Below, piece by piece: positions 21,247 through 33,024 of a stretch of DNA of 64,000 nucleotides. The number at the start of each line of letters is the position of its first letter. The first letter of the stretch is position 1. The DNA comes from Macrostomum lignano (Eukaryota). The stretch spans positions 29,040 through 93,039 of the forward strand of contig NIVC01003526.1 of assembly GCA_002269645.1 (NCBI GenBank), in the 5' to 3' direction. The position numbers were made by a program, and so were the translations under genes. The notes below the pieces were generated by a model. That model was not told where the DNA came from and made no database searches. It saw nothing but the letters and a program-made list of their open reading frames with translations.

Positions 21247-24200
21247 CCTTCGCCCGCCTCGGCCAGCCGCTCCGCCGGCACCGCTCAGCCGGCAGCGTGG
21301 CAGCCGCAGCTGCGTCAGCTGTCACCATCCAGCCGGCATCACCCGAGGCTGCCTCAGGCAGCAATGCCGCCGCGCAGAAGCAGAAGACTGCGGCCGTCTG
21401 CCGACCCAGGTCCGCCCTTGACTGCGGAGGCGGCGAGTGCTGCGGATTCGGCAGGTCGGACTCGTACCAGCGGCTGGAGGTGCTCGGCGAGGGCAGCTAC
21501 GCCACCGTCTTTAAAGGCGTGTCTCGGTGGGTGCCCGCTGAAAGCTTTGCCTTGGCTGGTGACTGGGGCGGCACAAGCCCCACTGACCATAATATTTTAG
21601 CTTCATTTTAGCGCCGCAGGCGTGGATTTTCCAGGAAACGTGACTCCTCCCCTTATTTCCACGGGATGGGGCAGATGACCCCTTGACCTCTCTTGTATGA
21701 TTCGCCATCCAAGAGTGGCCGCGCCGCCGACTCGAACTCGGGAGCTTTGTAATGTGTTAGCGATAATTGTGATCTGCACTCCCATCTGCATTCAAGAGTG
21801 AACAACTCGATCGTGGCTCTGAAAGACATTCGACTGCAACGCGAGGAGGGCGCTCCGTTCACTGCCATCAGGGAAGGTGAGAAAAAACAGGCAAAACGCG
21901 CCGCATTTGCTACTTGCTAGAGCCTGCCTCAAGTAGTGTCTCAGTAACTATGGGGATTTTTTTATTCCAGCCTCCCTGCTGAAAGGCTTAAAGCACGCAA
22001 ACATAGTCACACTGCACGACATCATACACACGGAGATGAATTTGACCTTCGTGTTCGAATACGTGGTGAGTGGGTTTAATAACTCTATCGCCCTGTTGAC
22101 GATCTCAAATTAATGCAAGCAGCAGCACAACACAACCCCGACTGTACGAATGCAGCCGCAGGACCTCAGCAAATACCTGGAGAAGCACTCCGGAGGGCTC
22201 AGGGCCCACAACGCAAAGGTACGGCCTAACTGACTATCATTTTATAATAGACAAAAATAGACATAGGACTGATCTAGTGTCTGTATAATCCAAGCTAGCG
22301 ACACAGCTACTCGTATCAGGGACCTGCTGCATCTATAGACACACTCAGGGACCTGCTGCATCTATAGACACACCCAGGGACCTGCTGCATCTATAGACAC
22401 ACCCAGGGACCTGCTGCATCTATAGACACACCCAGGGACCTGCTGCATCTATAGACACACCCAGGGACCTGCTGCATCTATAGACACACCCAGGGACCTG
22501 CTGCATCTATAGACACACCCAGGGACCTGCTGCATCTATAGACACACCCAGGGACCTGCTGCATCTATAGACACACCCAGGGACCTGCTGCATCTATAGA
22601 CACACCCAGGGACCTGCTGCATCTATTGAACCATCTAGTGATACTAGTGATATACTGCATCTATTTGACACATCTAAATCCAAATCAATCTACAAAATCT
22701 GATGACCTCCCGCCCAGCTATTTTTATTCCAACTGCTCCGAGGCCTCGAGTTCTGCCACCGCAGGCGCATACTGCACCGGGATTTGAAGCCGCAAAATCT
22801 CCTCATCTCGGCTATCGGGGAGCTCAAGCTGGCCGACTTCGGCCTGGCCAGGGCTCAGACGGTGCCGAGCCGCAGCTACAGCTCCGAGATCGTCACGCTG
22901 TGGTATCGTCCGCCCGAGGTGCTGCTGGGTGGCACTCGATACTCCGCCTCGCTGGACATGTGGGCCGTCGGCTGCATCCACGCCGAGATGCTGTCCGGGG
23001 CCGCTCTGTTCCCGGGGGCGCACAGCGCCGAGGACCAGCTGGAGGAGATCTTCAGGGTGAGGCGCTGCGATGACGGAGGCTGGTTGTATGGCTGACCCGG
23101 CCTGACCCGGCCTGACCCGGCCTGACCCGGCCTGACCCGGCCTGACCCGGCCTGACCCGGCCTGACCCGGCCTGACCCGGCCTGACCCGGCCTGACCCGG
23201 CCTGACCCGGCCTGACCCGGCCTGACCCGGCCTGACCCGGCCTGACCCGGCCTGACCCGGCCTGACCCGGCCTGACCCGGCCTGACCCGGCCTGACCCGG
23301 CCTGACCCGGCCTGACCCGGCCTGACCCGGCCTGACCCGGCCTGACCCGGCCTGACCCGGCCTGACCCGGCCTGACCCGGCCTGACCCGGCCTGACCCGG
23401 CCTGACCCGGCCTGACCCGGCCTGACCCGGCCTGACCCGGCCTGACCCGGCCTGACCCGGCCTGACCCGGCCTGACCCGGCCTGACCCGGCCTGACCCGG
23501 CCTGACCCGGCCTGACCCGGCCTGACCCGGCCTGACCCGGCCTGACCCGGCCTGACCCGGCCTGACCCGGCCTGACCCGGCCTGACCCGGCCTGACCCGG
23601 CCTGACCCGGCCTGACCCGGCCTGACCCGGCCTGACCCGGCCTGACCCGGCCTGACCCGGCCTGACCCGGCCTGACCCGGCCTGACCCGGCCTGACCCTC
23701 ATTTGGTCTCATCGATTAGAACTTGGACCTAAGAGAGAAAGTACTTGGACTTGTCTTAACCGGACTTGACCCCTGATACGCAGGTGACGGGCCGGCCGGA
23801 GCAGTCCGCCCCGGACGCCCGGGTGGCCCACCGCCTGCGGCAGTCGGCACCGCGGCTTCAATCCGTGGCGCATGCCGAGGCCCTGGCGCTGGCCTGCCTG
23901 CAGCTGCGGCCGCAGAGGCGGCTGACGGCGGCGGCCGCGCTTCGACACGCCTTCTTTCATAGCCTGCCGGCAGAGCTGGTGTGCCTGGACCCCGGTGAGC
24001 ACTGGGCACTGCTCTCTTGATTTCACCGCGACAAGGACCGCTGGTAGTCAATAAGCACTACAAAGTTAAAGAAAGTTTAATTGAAGGCTAGAATTTTCCG
24101 AAAAGGGCATTGCCGAGACGGGAGCTCATTGTTTTGCTGTACATTTTTAAGTAGCGGCTGAGGTGCATAGTTAGAGGTGTTACATAGTTACAGGCGGGCT

Positions 24201-25494
24201 GAGACTGACTGAGCACAGCATGATGGAGTCTGAGGGGAAGGAGACAGGCGGGTTGAGACTGACTGAGCACAGCTTGATGGCGAGTCTGAGGGGAAGGAAA
24301 CATGCAAAATTTCTCGCTTTTGCCAGAGCTTAGCAGTCTTTCCCGTGCTCTTGTTCCAGCTAAAGCTTGCGCTTGTGCCTCTGCACTACTGCGACTTAAG
24401 TACACAGACACACTTGTGCCTCTGCACTACTGTGACAAAAGTACACAGACACGCCTGTGCCTCTGCACTACTGTGACTAAAGTACACAGACACACTTGTG
24501 CCTCTGCACTACTGTGACAAAAGTACGCAGACACGCTTGTGCCTCTGCACTACTGTGACAAAAGTACGCAGACACGCCTGTGCCTCTGCACTACTGTGAC
24601 AAAAGTACACAGACACACTTGTGCCTCTGCACTACTGTGACAAAAGTACACAGACACGCCTGTGCCTTTGCACTACTGTGACAAAAGTACGCAGACACGC
24701 TTGTGCCTCTGCACTACTGTGACAAAAGTACGCAGACACGCTTGTGCCTCTGCACTACTCTGACAAAAGTACGCAGACACGCCTGTGCCTCTGCACTACT
24801 GTGACAAAAGTACGCAGACACGCCTGTGCCTCTGCACTACTCTGACAAAAGTACACAGACACGCCTGTGCCTCTGCATTACTGTGACAAAAGTACACAGA
24901 CACGCTTGTGCCTCTGTACTACTGTGACAAAAGTACACAGACACGCTTGTGCCTCTGCACTACTGTGACAAAAGTACGCAGACACGCTTGTGCCTCTGCA
25001 CTACTCTGACAAAAGTACGCAGACACGCTTGTGCCTCTGCACTACTGTGACAAAAGTACACAGACACGCCTGTGCCTCTGCATTACTGTGACAAAAGTAC
25101 ACAGACACGCTTGTGCCTCTGTACTACTGTGACAAAAGTACACAGACACGCTTGTGCCTCTGCACTACTGTGACAAAAGTACGCAGACACGCCTGTGCCT
25201 CTGCACTACTCTGACAAAAGTACACAGACACGCTTGTGCCTCTGCACTACTGTGACAAAAGTACACAGACACGCTTGTGCCTCTGCACTACTGTGACAAA
25301 AGTACGCAGACACGCTTTTGCCGGTGCGTGCAAAAAATCCGCAGCAAAAAACTTTATCAGATCTCAAATTCATCTCACAAGAGAAACAATGTTTCTGTCT
25401 CTCATTTTCAACCTCGTCAGCGGCGTCCATATTCTCCGTGCCCGGAGTCCGCCTGCTGCCCGAGCTGCACCGGGTGACCCTGAAGCTGCAGTAA
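21247..25494 (+). CDS. CDK14: PFTAIRE-type cyclin-dependent kinase (CDK14/CDK15/Eip63E family), kinase-domain exons: 21247-21526, 21797-21876, 21971-22065, 22156-22218, 22718-23056, 23784-23994, 25421-25494
   Basis: All seven exons have AG/GT boundaries and join in phase. Spliced translation gives [94 protein letters not shown] and C-terminal [13 protein letters not shown], colinear with CDK14 from memory. Stop TAA ends at 25494; AATAAA near 25594. Confidence 0.95.
22318..22625. repeat. 29-bp minisatellite (AGGGACCTGCTGCATCTATAGACACACCC)n, about 10 copies
   Basis: Directly visible. Confidence 0.95.
23092..23697. repeat. 10-bp minisatellite (TGACCCGGCC)n, about 60 perfect copies
   Basis: Directly visible. 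Confidence 0.98.
24375..25318. repeat. 41-bp minisatellite (TGTGCCTCTGCACTACTGTGACAAAAGTACACAGACACGCY)n, about 23 copies
   Basis: Directly visible. Confidence 0.97.
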
Positions 25495-25923
25495 CGGAGG
25501 CCTCAGCAACTAGCTGCCTGCCTTGACGAGCTTGCAGTTCGACATTGATAATTCATCGGTGACTCGGGAAACATCGGGGAAAGTAAAGAAATCAATAAAT
25601 TACTTTCAAGTCGGAGAGAGCGCTTTTACTTGTCCGTTTTTATGATTGCTATAACAACTGCTTTCCCACTCACTGGCACAACGAGTCACCTTTCACCTTT
25701 GTAAAGTATAAAATACACATGTCGGATCGTACAAAAGACCACCTTTTGTACTGTCGTTGAAGTCCTAATCTTGGGAAAGAGCTTGGCATCGAGAAAGTGC
25801 TTTTTTCTCTATCGAGCTGCACCGCCCTGCAGCAGCTGGGGGCAGTGCGATAAACTTGAAAATGCGACAAGAAAATTCTGTTGAATTCTTTGAAACTTGG
25901 CACTTCAGAGAGCAGCAAGAAAA

Positions 25924-26082
25924 ATGCTGCAACAAAATTTGCTGCTTCTGGTTGCAGTTTTCATTGTTTACTTATTTAGCTATGAAGCCTCAGCCATTGA
26001 CCAAAGACCGCTGAGGGTTGTTCGAGGTCCGCCAGTGGTGGAGCGAGTTGGCAGCGATTATTGCGGTGCCTGTTGCGTGTGA
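25924..26082 (+). CDS. Candidate 52-aa small secreted peptide
   Basis: MLQQNLLLLVAVFIVYLFSYEASA looks like a signal peptide with an A-S-A cleavage site, followed by IDQRPLRVVRGPPVVERVGSDYCGACCV*. No homology recognised. Confidence 0.35.
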   Translation: MLQQNLLLLVAVFIVYLFSYEASAIDQRPLRVVRGPPVVERVGSDYCGACCV

Positions 26083-26094
26083 CAGGATTGCTTT

Positions 26095-26700
26095 TAGTGT
26101 GACCATCTGTATGACAATCGGACTGGTTGTTGGAGTGACCATCTGTGTGACAGTCGGACTGGTTGTTGCAGTGACCATCTGTGTGACAGTCGGACTGGTT
26201 GTTGGAGTGACCATCTGTGTGACAGTCGGACTGGTTGTTGGAGTGACCATCTGTGTGACAGTCGGAATTGTTGTTGGAGTAACCATCTGTGTGACAGTCG
26301 GACTGGTTGTTGGAGTAACCATCTGTGTGACAGTCGGACTGGTTGTTGGAGTGACCATCTGTGTGACAGTCGGAATTGTTGTTGGAGTAACCATCTGTGT
26401 GACAGTCGGACTGGTTGTTGGAGTGACCATCTGTGTGACAGTCGGACTGGTTGTTGGAGTAACCATCTGTGTGACAGTCGGAATTGTTGTTGGAGCGACC
26501 ATCTGTGTGACAGTCGGAATTGTTGTTGGAGTGACCATCTGTGTGACAGTCGGAATTGTTGTTGGAGCGACCATCTGTGTGACAGTCGGAATTGTTGTTG
26601 GAGTAACCATCTGTGTGACAGTCGGATTTGTTGCTGGAGTGACCATCTGTGTGACAGTCGGAATTGTTGTTGGAGTGACCATCTGTGTGACAGTCGGACT
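26095..26700. repeat. 36-bp minisatellite (GTGACCATCTGTGTGACAGTCGGAYTGKTTGTTGGA)n, about 17 copies
   Basis: Directly visible. Confidence 0.96.
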
Positions 26701-26776
26701 GGCCTTTTTTATTGACAAAAATTTTCAAGTTTGAGTTAAACTTGAGGGACACTTTATAAGGCAGCCAAAACAGCAT

Positions 26777-27030
26777 TGTTAGAATTAGCCCCGACGGTAA
26801 GGGGGTAGGGCCCGCCCTCAGCCCGACTGGTGTCGCCTGCTCGGCTTGATGGCCACAGTCTCTCTTAGCCTAGCTTAGAAACCTAGTGTACATTAGTACA
26901 CTCCCAACCTGGATCCTAATTCATTCCTAGTGGTGTAAGAGCCTGTTCAATGGCTGAGGCGCCTTATTACTTATTTAGTTTTGAAGCGAGCAACACAACT
27001 AAGGTACTAAAATCGAGTTCATCAAGAACA
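26777..27030. mobile_element. LTR-like segment (TGTT...AACA) abutting the 3' end of Gypsy-1 but unrelated to its 5' LTR
   Basis: TG/CA inverted ends; no TSD (AGCAT versus GTTAC); no visible similarity to 30988-31211. Confidence 0.4.
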
Positions 27031-27036
27031 GTTACT

Positions 27037-30000
27037 TCAGCTGTAAGTCAGTCGCTCAGGTGCAGCGCACTTCCTCATCGAACGGCGAAGCTGCGGTATG
27101 GCGTCAGGCTCTGCCGCAGCCTCAGTAGCAACGCCGTCAGCAAAAACTTCGGATGCGCCCTTCGGCACCGCATCGCACTGCGGCACCGCTGCCGCTGGTA
27201 CCGCTGGCTCGGTCGGAAGCTGACTGACCGCGGCCGGCTTGCGCACCTGGTCCACGTGCCTGTGTGCGTCTCTGCCGTCATCGAACCGGCACGTGAAGTC
27301 GGCCGCACCAGAACTGTCCGTGACTGTCGCCGGTCTCCAGCGTCCGTCTCTCGCGAAGTCTCGCGCCAGCACCGAGTCGCCGACATTAATGCGGCGGTCG
27401 TGCGCGTGGGCATCGTGCTGCTCCTTCTGCAGTGCCTGCTGGACGGCCACCCGGGCGGGCAGGTCAGGGCGGACTCGGTCGAGCAACGATTTCAGCCTCC
27501 GCCCCATCAGCAGCTCGCAGGGAGCCGTCCCGGTAGTCGCATGCGGCGTGACTCGGTACGTCAGGAGGAACCGGGAGACTCGCTCCTCCAGAGAGCCGCT
27601 TCGCTGCTTGGCCAGCGCACGCTTCAGAGTCTGAACTGCTCGCTCTGCTTGGCCGTTGGACGCCGGGTGGTACGGAGCCGTGCGCACGTGCCGGATGCCG
27701 TTCTTGCTCAGGAATGTCTCCATCTCCGCGCTGACCAGGTTCGGACCGTTGTCGGAGACGATCACGTCCGGCAGACCGTGAGTTGCAAAGCTCGACCGCA
27801 GCTTCTCGATAGTCGCAGTCGACGACGTCGAAGACATCACATGCACGTCCATCCACTTGGAGTGAGCGTCCACGACAACCAGCAACATCCGGCCCTGGAC
27901 TGGCCCGGCGTAGTCAATGTGCAGGCGCGACCACGGCTTGTCCGGCCACGCCCACGGCTGCAGTGGAAACGGACCTGGCGACTTCTGCATCTCCTGGCAC
28001 TCGGTGCACGCGGCGACCAGCCGCTCGATCGCCTCGTCCAGCTTAGGCCACCAGAAAACGCTTCGAGCCAGCGCCTTCATTCTCGTGGCGCCCTGGTGCC
28101 CCTGGTGCAGGCAGTGCAGCAGCGCCTCTCGACCGGCCTCGGGAACTACGACTCGGCAGCCCCAGAGCAGACAGCCGTCTTGGGTGCTCAGCTGGTCGGC
28201 TCGCGTGCAGTACGGCTGCAGCTCAGGCGGCGGCCGCTCTGGCCAGCAGCCGGTCTCAGTGAAACGCAGAACTCGGGACAAGTCCGGGTCTGTCCGAGTC
28301 CACGTCCGGATGTGCCGAGCCGTCACCGGTCCCTCGTCCAGGAAGTCCATGAGTAGGACGACTTCAGCTGGAGTTGGCGCTTCCTTCGGCTTCTCCGGCA
28401 GCGGCAGCCGACTCAGCGCATCGGCTCGAAGCAGCGACTTGCCCGCTCGGTGGACCATGGAGTACTGGTAGCCGGCCAGGAGCAGCGCCCACCGCTGGAT
28501 TCTGCCAGAAGCCAGTGCTGGTATCGGCTTGGACTGGTGCAGCAGACCGAGCAGCGGCTTGTGGTCGCTCACCAGCTTGAAGTCTCGCCCGAACAGGTAC
28601 ATGTGAAATTTCTTAACTCCGTAAATGACCGCGAGCGCCTCCTTCTCGAGCTGGGAGTATCGGGTCTCTGCTTCATGTAGCGTGCGAGAGGCGAAGGCGA
28701 TCGGCCTATCGACTCCGTCGATTCGGTGGCTGATGACGGCGCCGATGCCATAAGGCGAGGCGTCGCACTCGAGCACCAGCGGCTTCTGACGGTCGAAATG
28801 CGCAAGCACCGGTGCCTGGCTGAGTAGCGACTTGCACCTGCGAAACGCCTCGTCCTGCACAGCGTCCCATCGCCAGGGGGCGCCCTTGTTCAGCAGCTGG
28901 TTCAGCGGCGCCAGTTCGGTTGACAGATTGGGCATGAACTTGCCGTAATAATTTACCAGCCCGAGGAAGCTGCGCAGCTGCGTCTGGTCGCGGGGCGGTG
29001 GCGCGTCCTGGATCGCCCGCACCTTGTCCTGGAGAGGGTGCAGCCCTTCGGCGTCGATTCGGTGCCCGAGGTAGCTGATGCTCTGCTGCATAAAGCTGCA
29101 CTTACTCAGGCCGCACCGGAGGCCGCTCTGCTGCAGTCGCCGAAGGACCTGCTCCAGCGTCTTCAGGTGGCTGTCATCATCCACGCCGGTAACCAGCAGG
29201 TCGTCAACAAAGCAGGTGACGTGGGGAATGCCCTGCAGGAGGCAGTCCATCTGGCGCTGGAAAATGCCGACAGCGGGAGCAACTCCGAACGGCAGTCTCG
29301 TGTACCGCAGCAGCCCCTTGCTGGTGTTGATGGTGCAGAGTTCTTGCGAGGCTTCGTCCAGAGGCAGTTGCGAGTACGCTTGCGACAAGTCAAGCTTAGT
29401 GAATTTCTTTCCGCCGGCCAGTTTCGCGAAGAGCTCCTCGATTCTCGGCACCGGGTACGTGTCGGGCTCGACGTCGAGGTTCACCGTTTGTTTAAAATCA
29501 GCGCATATGCGGACCGAGCCATCTGTCTTTAAAACGGGTACGATCGGAGACGCGTAGTCCGAGCTGCTCACCGGCTTCAGCACTCCCTGTTCGATCTCTT
29601 TTTCGAGTTGCGCCTCGACCTTCTCCTTCAGCGCAAGCGGGACGTTCCTGGCTTTGAAAAACCTCGGCCGCGCTGAGGCTTTCAGCTGCAGCCGAACCGC
29701 GGGCCCCGAGTACCGACCAAGGCCCGGCTCGAAGACTTCGGCGTACTTGTCCAGCAGGCTCTTGAGTCCTGGTTGCCCTGACGGATGCTGTTGCACCTGC
29801 TTGATGTCTCGCCAGTCCAGCGGAAGTTCGGCCAGCCAGTCGCGGCCAACCAGATTCGAGCCGGCACCATCGATCACGAGCAGCGGCAGCACCTTGCTGG
29901 CGATCTCGGTCTGCGCGCGAACTCGAAGTTGGCCGAGAACGGGCACCAGCTCTCCGGAGTACGTCCGCAGCTGCGTGTTGACTCGCTCGAGTCTGGGACG

Positions 30001-30315
30001 CCCTCGTAGTACTTCGTTGTAGGTCTTCGCAGAGATGAGTGACACAGACGCCCCAGTATCGACCTCCATGCAGACTGGCGTGCCGTCGATGTCGATGGTG
30101 GTCTTAATTGGCGGAATCTTGCCGCCTACGGCGGCGGCCATCACGTGCAGCGAGAAAGCCTCCTCATCTGCCTCCTCCGCCTGCAGCTCTTGGACGGTCG
30201 AGTCGACGCGACGATTAGAAGCTCGCTGCGGCCCGCCGATCTCTCGTCCCGCTGAGCAGGCGGCGCTGCCTTGCACGCAGCAGCGATGTGACCGGTTTTC
30301 GAGCATGCGTAGCAC
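27037..30315 (-). CDS. Gypsy-1 pol polyprotein (protease, RT, RNase H, integrase)
   Basis: Uninterrupted ORF of 1092 aa with all catalytic motifs. Confidence 0.93.
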   Translation of the reverse strand: MLRMLENRSHRCCVQGSAACSAGREIGGPQRASNRRVDSTVQELQAEEADEEAFSLHVMAAAVGGKIPPIKTTIDIDGTPVCMEVDTGASVSLISAKTYNEVLRGRPRLERVNTQLRTYSGELVPVLGQLRVRAQTEIASKVLPLLVIDGAGSNLVGRDWLAELPLDWRDIKQVQQHPSGQPGLKSLLDKYAEVFEPGLGRYSGPAVRLQLKASARPRFFKARNVPLALKEKVEAQLEKEIEQGVLKPVSSSDYASPIVPVLKTDGSVRICADFKQTVNLDVEPDTYPVPRIEELFAKLAGGKKFTKLDLSQAYSQLPLDEASQELCTINTSKGLLRYTRLPFGVAPAVGIFQRQMDCLLQGIPHVTCFVDDLLVTGVDDDSHLKTLEQVLRRLQQSGLRCGLSKCSFMQQSISYLGHRIDAEGLHPLQDKVRAIQDAPPPRDQTQLRSFLGLVNYYGKFMPNLSTELAPLNQLLNKGAPWRWDAVQDEAFRRCKSLLSQAPVLAHFDRQKPLVLECDASPYGIGAVISHRIDGVDRPIAFASRTLHEAETRYSQLEKEALAVIYGVKKFHMYLFGRDFKLVSDHKPLLGLLHQSKPIPALASGRIQRWALLLAGYQYSMVHRAGKSLLRADALSRLPLPEKPKEAPTPAEVVLLMDFLDEGPVTARHIRTWTRTDPDLSRVLRFTETGCWPERPPPELQPYCTRADQLSTQDGCLLWGCRVVVPEAGREALLHCLHQGHQGATRMKALARSVFWWPKLDEAIERLVAACTECQEMQKSPGPFPLQPWAWPDKPWSRLHIDYAGPVQGRMLLVVVDAHSKWMDVHVMSSTSSTATIEKLRSSFATHGLPDVIVSDNGPNLVSAEMETFLSKNGIRHVRTAPYHPASNGQAERAVQTLKRALAKQRSGSLEERVSRFLLTYRVTPHATTGTAPCELLMGRRLKSLLDRVRPDLPARVAVQQALQKEQHDAHAHDRRINVGDSVLARDFARDGRWRPATVTDSSGAADFTCRFDDGRDAHRHVDQVRKPAAVSQLPTEPAVPAAAVPQCDAVPKGASEVFADGVATEAAAEPDAIPQLRRSMRKCAAPERLTYS

Positions 30316-31211
30316 TTACTATTGATGAACGGGCACTTTGCAGCCAGGTGGCGCTGGGACAGGCATCGATAGCAACGCTTCGCTGGCGGCCCGCTGGCCG
30401 CCTCCCGCCGGGCAGAATGGTGAAGAGCGTGCACCATGTCAGAGCCGGCACCTTTAGCCACCAGCAGGTTGCCTTGAGCGGCCGACTCGTGGGCCTGCGC
30501 CAGCGACAGCGCCGTGTCCAGTGAGAGCTCCTTCTCTGTGAAGAGCCTCCGCTGAATGGAATCATCACTGATCCCCAGGACCAGTCGGTCCCTGAGCATG
30601 CTGCTGAGGCCAACGCCGAAATTGCAGTCCCGAGCTAGCTTACGCAGCTCAGCCAGGAACTCTGCCACCGACTCGCCTGCCTGACGGCTTCTGCTGTAGA
30701 ACCTGAATCGCCGTACAATCTCTGGTGGGGTTGGATCAAAATGCTCCTTTAGCTTAGCACAGATGGCGTCGTAGGTCGTGTCCTTCGGCAGAGCCGGTGA
30801 CAGCAGGTTTGATATCAGCTGGTAGGTGTCCCTGCCACAGATGCTCAGCAGCACGGCTCGTCTCTTTTCATTGCTGATTTCATTTGCTGTGAAAAACTGT
30901 TCTAAGCTCTCCTGGTACTGCTGCCAGGTCTCAGTGCCCTCTTCAAAGGGTCCTATTGAGCCTATAAGACTCATTCCTCGTCGCCACTTTAGCAGAGTCA
31001 ACTATTGCAATATTTGGCGGACGATAACAAAAACACGAGGGCTCAAAAGCCAGAATCAGTCGATATATATATTTTAATATTAGGCATGCACAAAGTACGT
31101 GCGTACATTACAATCGATAAATTAAAAGGCAACTTGAGCGTGCCCCCAACCCCCCCAGCGCAGGCCAACCCCAAAACCGCAAATGCAAACTCTCAATATC
31201 AAGTCATCACA
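27037..31211 (-). mobile_element. Ty3/Gypsy LTR retrotransposon (Gypsy-1): 5' LTR 30988-31211, PBS-like TGGCGACGAGG within 30976-30987, gag from 30974, pol 27037-30315; 3' LTR and PPT missing
   Basis: Gag has two zinc knuckles. Pol order is PR (VDTGAS), RT (FVDD), RNaseH, INT (HHCC, DD35E), which is the Gypsy order. gag and pol are out of frame near 30150-30300. Confidence 0.95.
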
Positions 31212-32099
31212 TTTAGTTAGTTAGTTAGTTAGCATTTTTAGAATTAGCACCTAAAAATGAAGCTTAATCTCCATAATATTAATTACGAACTCTGACTGGT
31301 TGTTGAGGGTGTGACACCTGAGGATGCCTTTCACAAAGCTATTTAACCAGCCGCGACTGCACCCCAACAGCGGACATTGCCAAAGGTGTTTGGATGACGT
31401 AGCCGATGACTTCCAAAGGCGAGCGACAAGCCGCGGTGACCGCGTCGGTAGACAGAGGCGCCTGCGGTATTGAAAGCCTGATGTAATATGAACAGACTGA
31501 GCACTCTTGCTTCAAAGAGACAGGTTTTCGTCTTCAAAAAGGAATGAAGCAGGACAACAGGGTTACTTTTCATACATTTACGCTCGCATTCTTCAATAAA
31601 AACCATCTCGACTATGACTTTGCGACTATGACTTTGACTTGGTCCAAGTTTATTGTCAGCAATGTTTGAGAAAGCAATGTTTATTTTAATTTGATGTACA
31701 CATAATTAAACTTTCTTTTTTGCAACGTCTGTATTTGATTACTCAAGCTTTTGAGGGTTTTGTTACGAGCAAAAAGCAAGTAATTGTAGTTTTTCTACAA
31801 GTTAGTTTATATACTTACAAAATTTATTTACATGTAGATATATACCCACTGCTCAGCAAGATGTTAAAGTTTCCTCCCCAGAAACCAGTGGGGGTCAAAT
31901 TTTCTCAGATCCCAGCCCCAAGTGACGCAACTCTCGCCACGCTAGCGGTTCTCATTTCAATTGTGGGAAATGCAATTAGGCTGGTGAGTAGAGAGTGGAG
32001 CGGGATGGCTAGAGTTGGATTAAAGCTGCCACTTGTTGACCACTGGTTTCGGGGTGGTAACTTTAACGTCTTGCTGGGTGTATAGTTGTCGTGAGGAAA

Positions 32100-32556
32100 G
32101 AACTATGAAAAACTGGGACGAGCCATGCAGTTTCCTAAGCGTTCTGCGATTCCTGGGGAGGGGGTGATCATGATCCTGTCCTTGAATGTACGCGGTCGTT
32201 TATTGCCGGGCGCAGATGCGTCGGAATCCTCATCGGACGACTCGTCATAGAACATACGCTGAGTCAGTCAAACTTGGGCCAAAGACTTTGACAGCTTGTA
32301 AGTTTTAAGTAAGCTCGCGGGGTCAGAGTTTACTACGCAACTTGTCACTCGCGAATAGCAGAAAAAACTTGTCAAGTTATACATTCTATGCAACAAACCA
32401 CTTGTAACGGGACTTTTAACTTGTAACTTGTCACTTGTCACTTGTAAAATGCTTGTCGTTTGTAAAGCGTCTATGCAACGGACTTCACGGTTTACTTGTA
32501 ATTTGTCAACTTGTCACTTGTAAACTTCGATTTGTCGATTCTATGCAACACCCCCT
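32100..32556 (-). mobile_element. Possible PIF/Harbinger-type element end with subterminal (T)GACAAG/TTACAAG repeats and a decayed ORF start (MFYDESSDEDSDASAPGNKRPRTFKDR)
   Basis: Terminus GGGGGTGTTGCATAGAA on the - strand and three TTGCATAGA repeats. No partner TIR found. Confidence 0.3.
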
Positions 32557-33024
32557 GGGGGGGGGGGTTAGAAAGCTGGGACCCTGAGACGAGAGCCAAT
32601 GAGATTTCAGCTAGAGAGCCCACAGCCAAGCCCCAAACCCCACCAGGAATATCGATCCGCTTTTTCTCGCCCTTTATGGTCCCACCAGCAGGCCATAGAC
32701 AATAAAGCCGGTTGCTGCACGAAGAATACGGGGCTCTCTGTGATTTGTTTGTTAAACTAAGAGAAAATTTAATAGCCAGTTAGAGTGAGGGGCGTATAGC
32801 TGGAAGTCCGCACCGTACTTGCTGGAAAGTAAGGAAGAAGGGAGCTCAGTGTCAGTGCCGCATCTAAACCAAAGAAAATTTTATTCGACGATTTTGCTGA
32901 ATCAAGTAAGTTTCACTTTGGGATTGTCGGGATTTTTAATGATTTTACAACCATTTGGCAGCGACAGAAAGTGAGATATTGACGAATATGCATACCGGTA
33001 GAAGCAATATATGGTTACTTTTTG

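Noticed and set aside
22876-23712. 278-aa [13 protein letters not shown]
   Set aside because: 10-bp satellite within a CDK14 intron.
22318-26700. CRISPR-like arrays (29-, 36- and 41-bp units)
   Set aside because: Units are contiguous with no unique spacers, no cas genes, and the context is eukaryotic.
25976-26776. Mucin-like (PTVTQMVTPTT) or His/Asn-rich ORFs
   Set aside because: The 36-bp repeat is open in several frames; no signal peptide or flanking exon support on that strand. Not fully excluded.
30141-30315. Programmed gag-pol frameshift in Gypsy-1
   Set aside because: No clear slippery heptamer seen, and the related Gypsy-2 breaks frame at a different position, so independent indels or errors are more likely.
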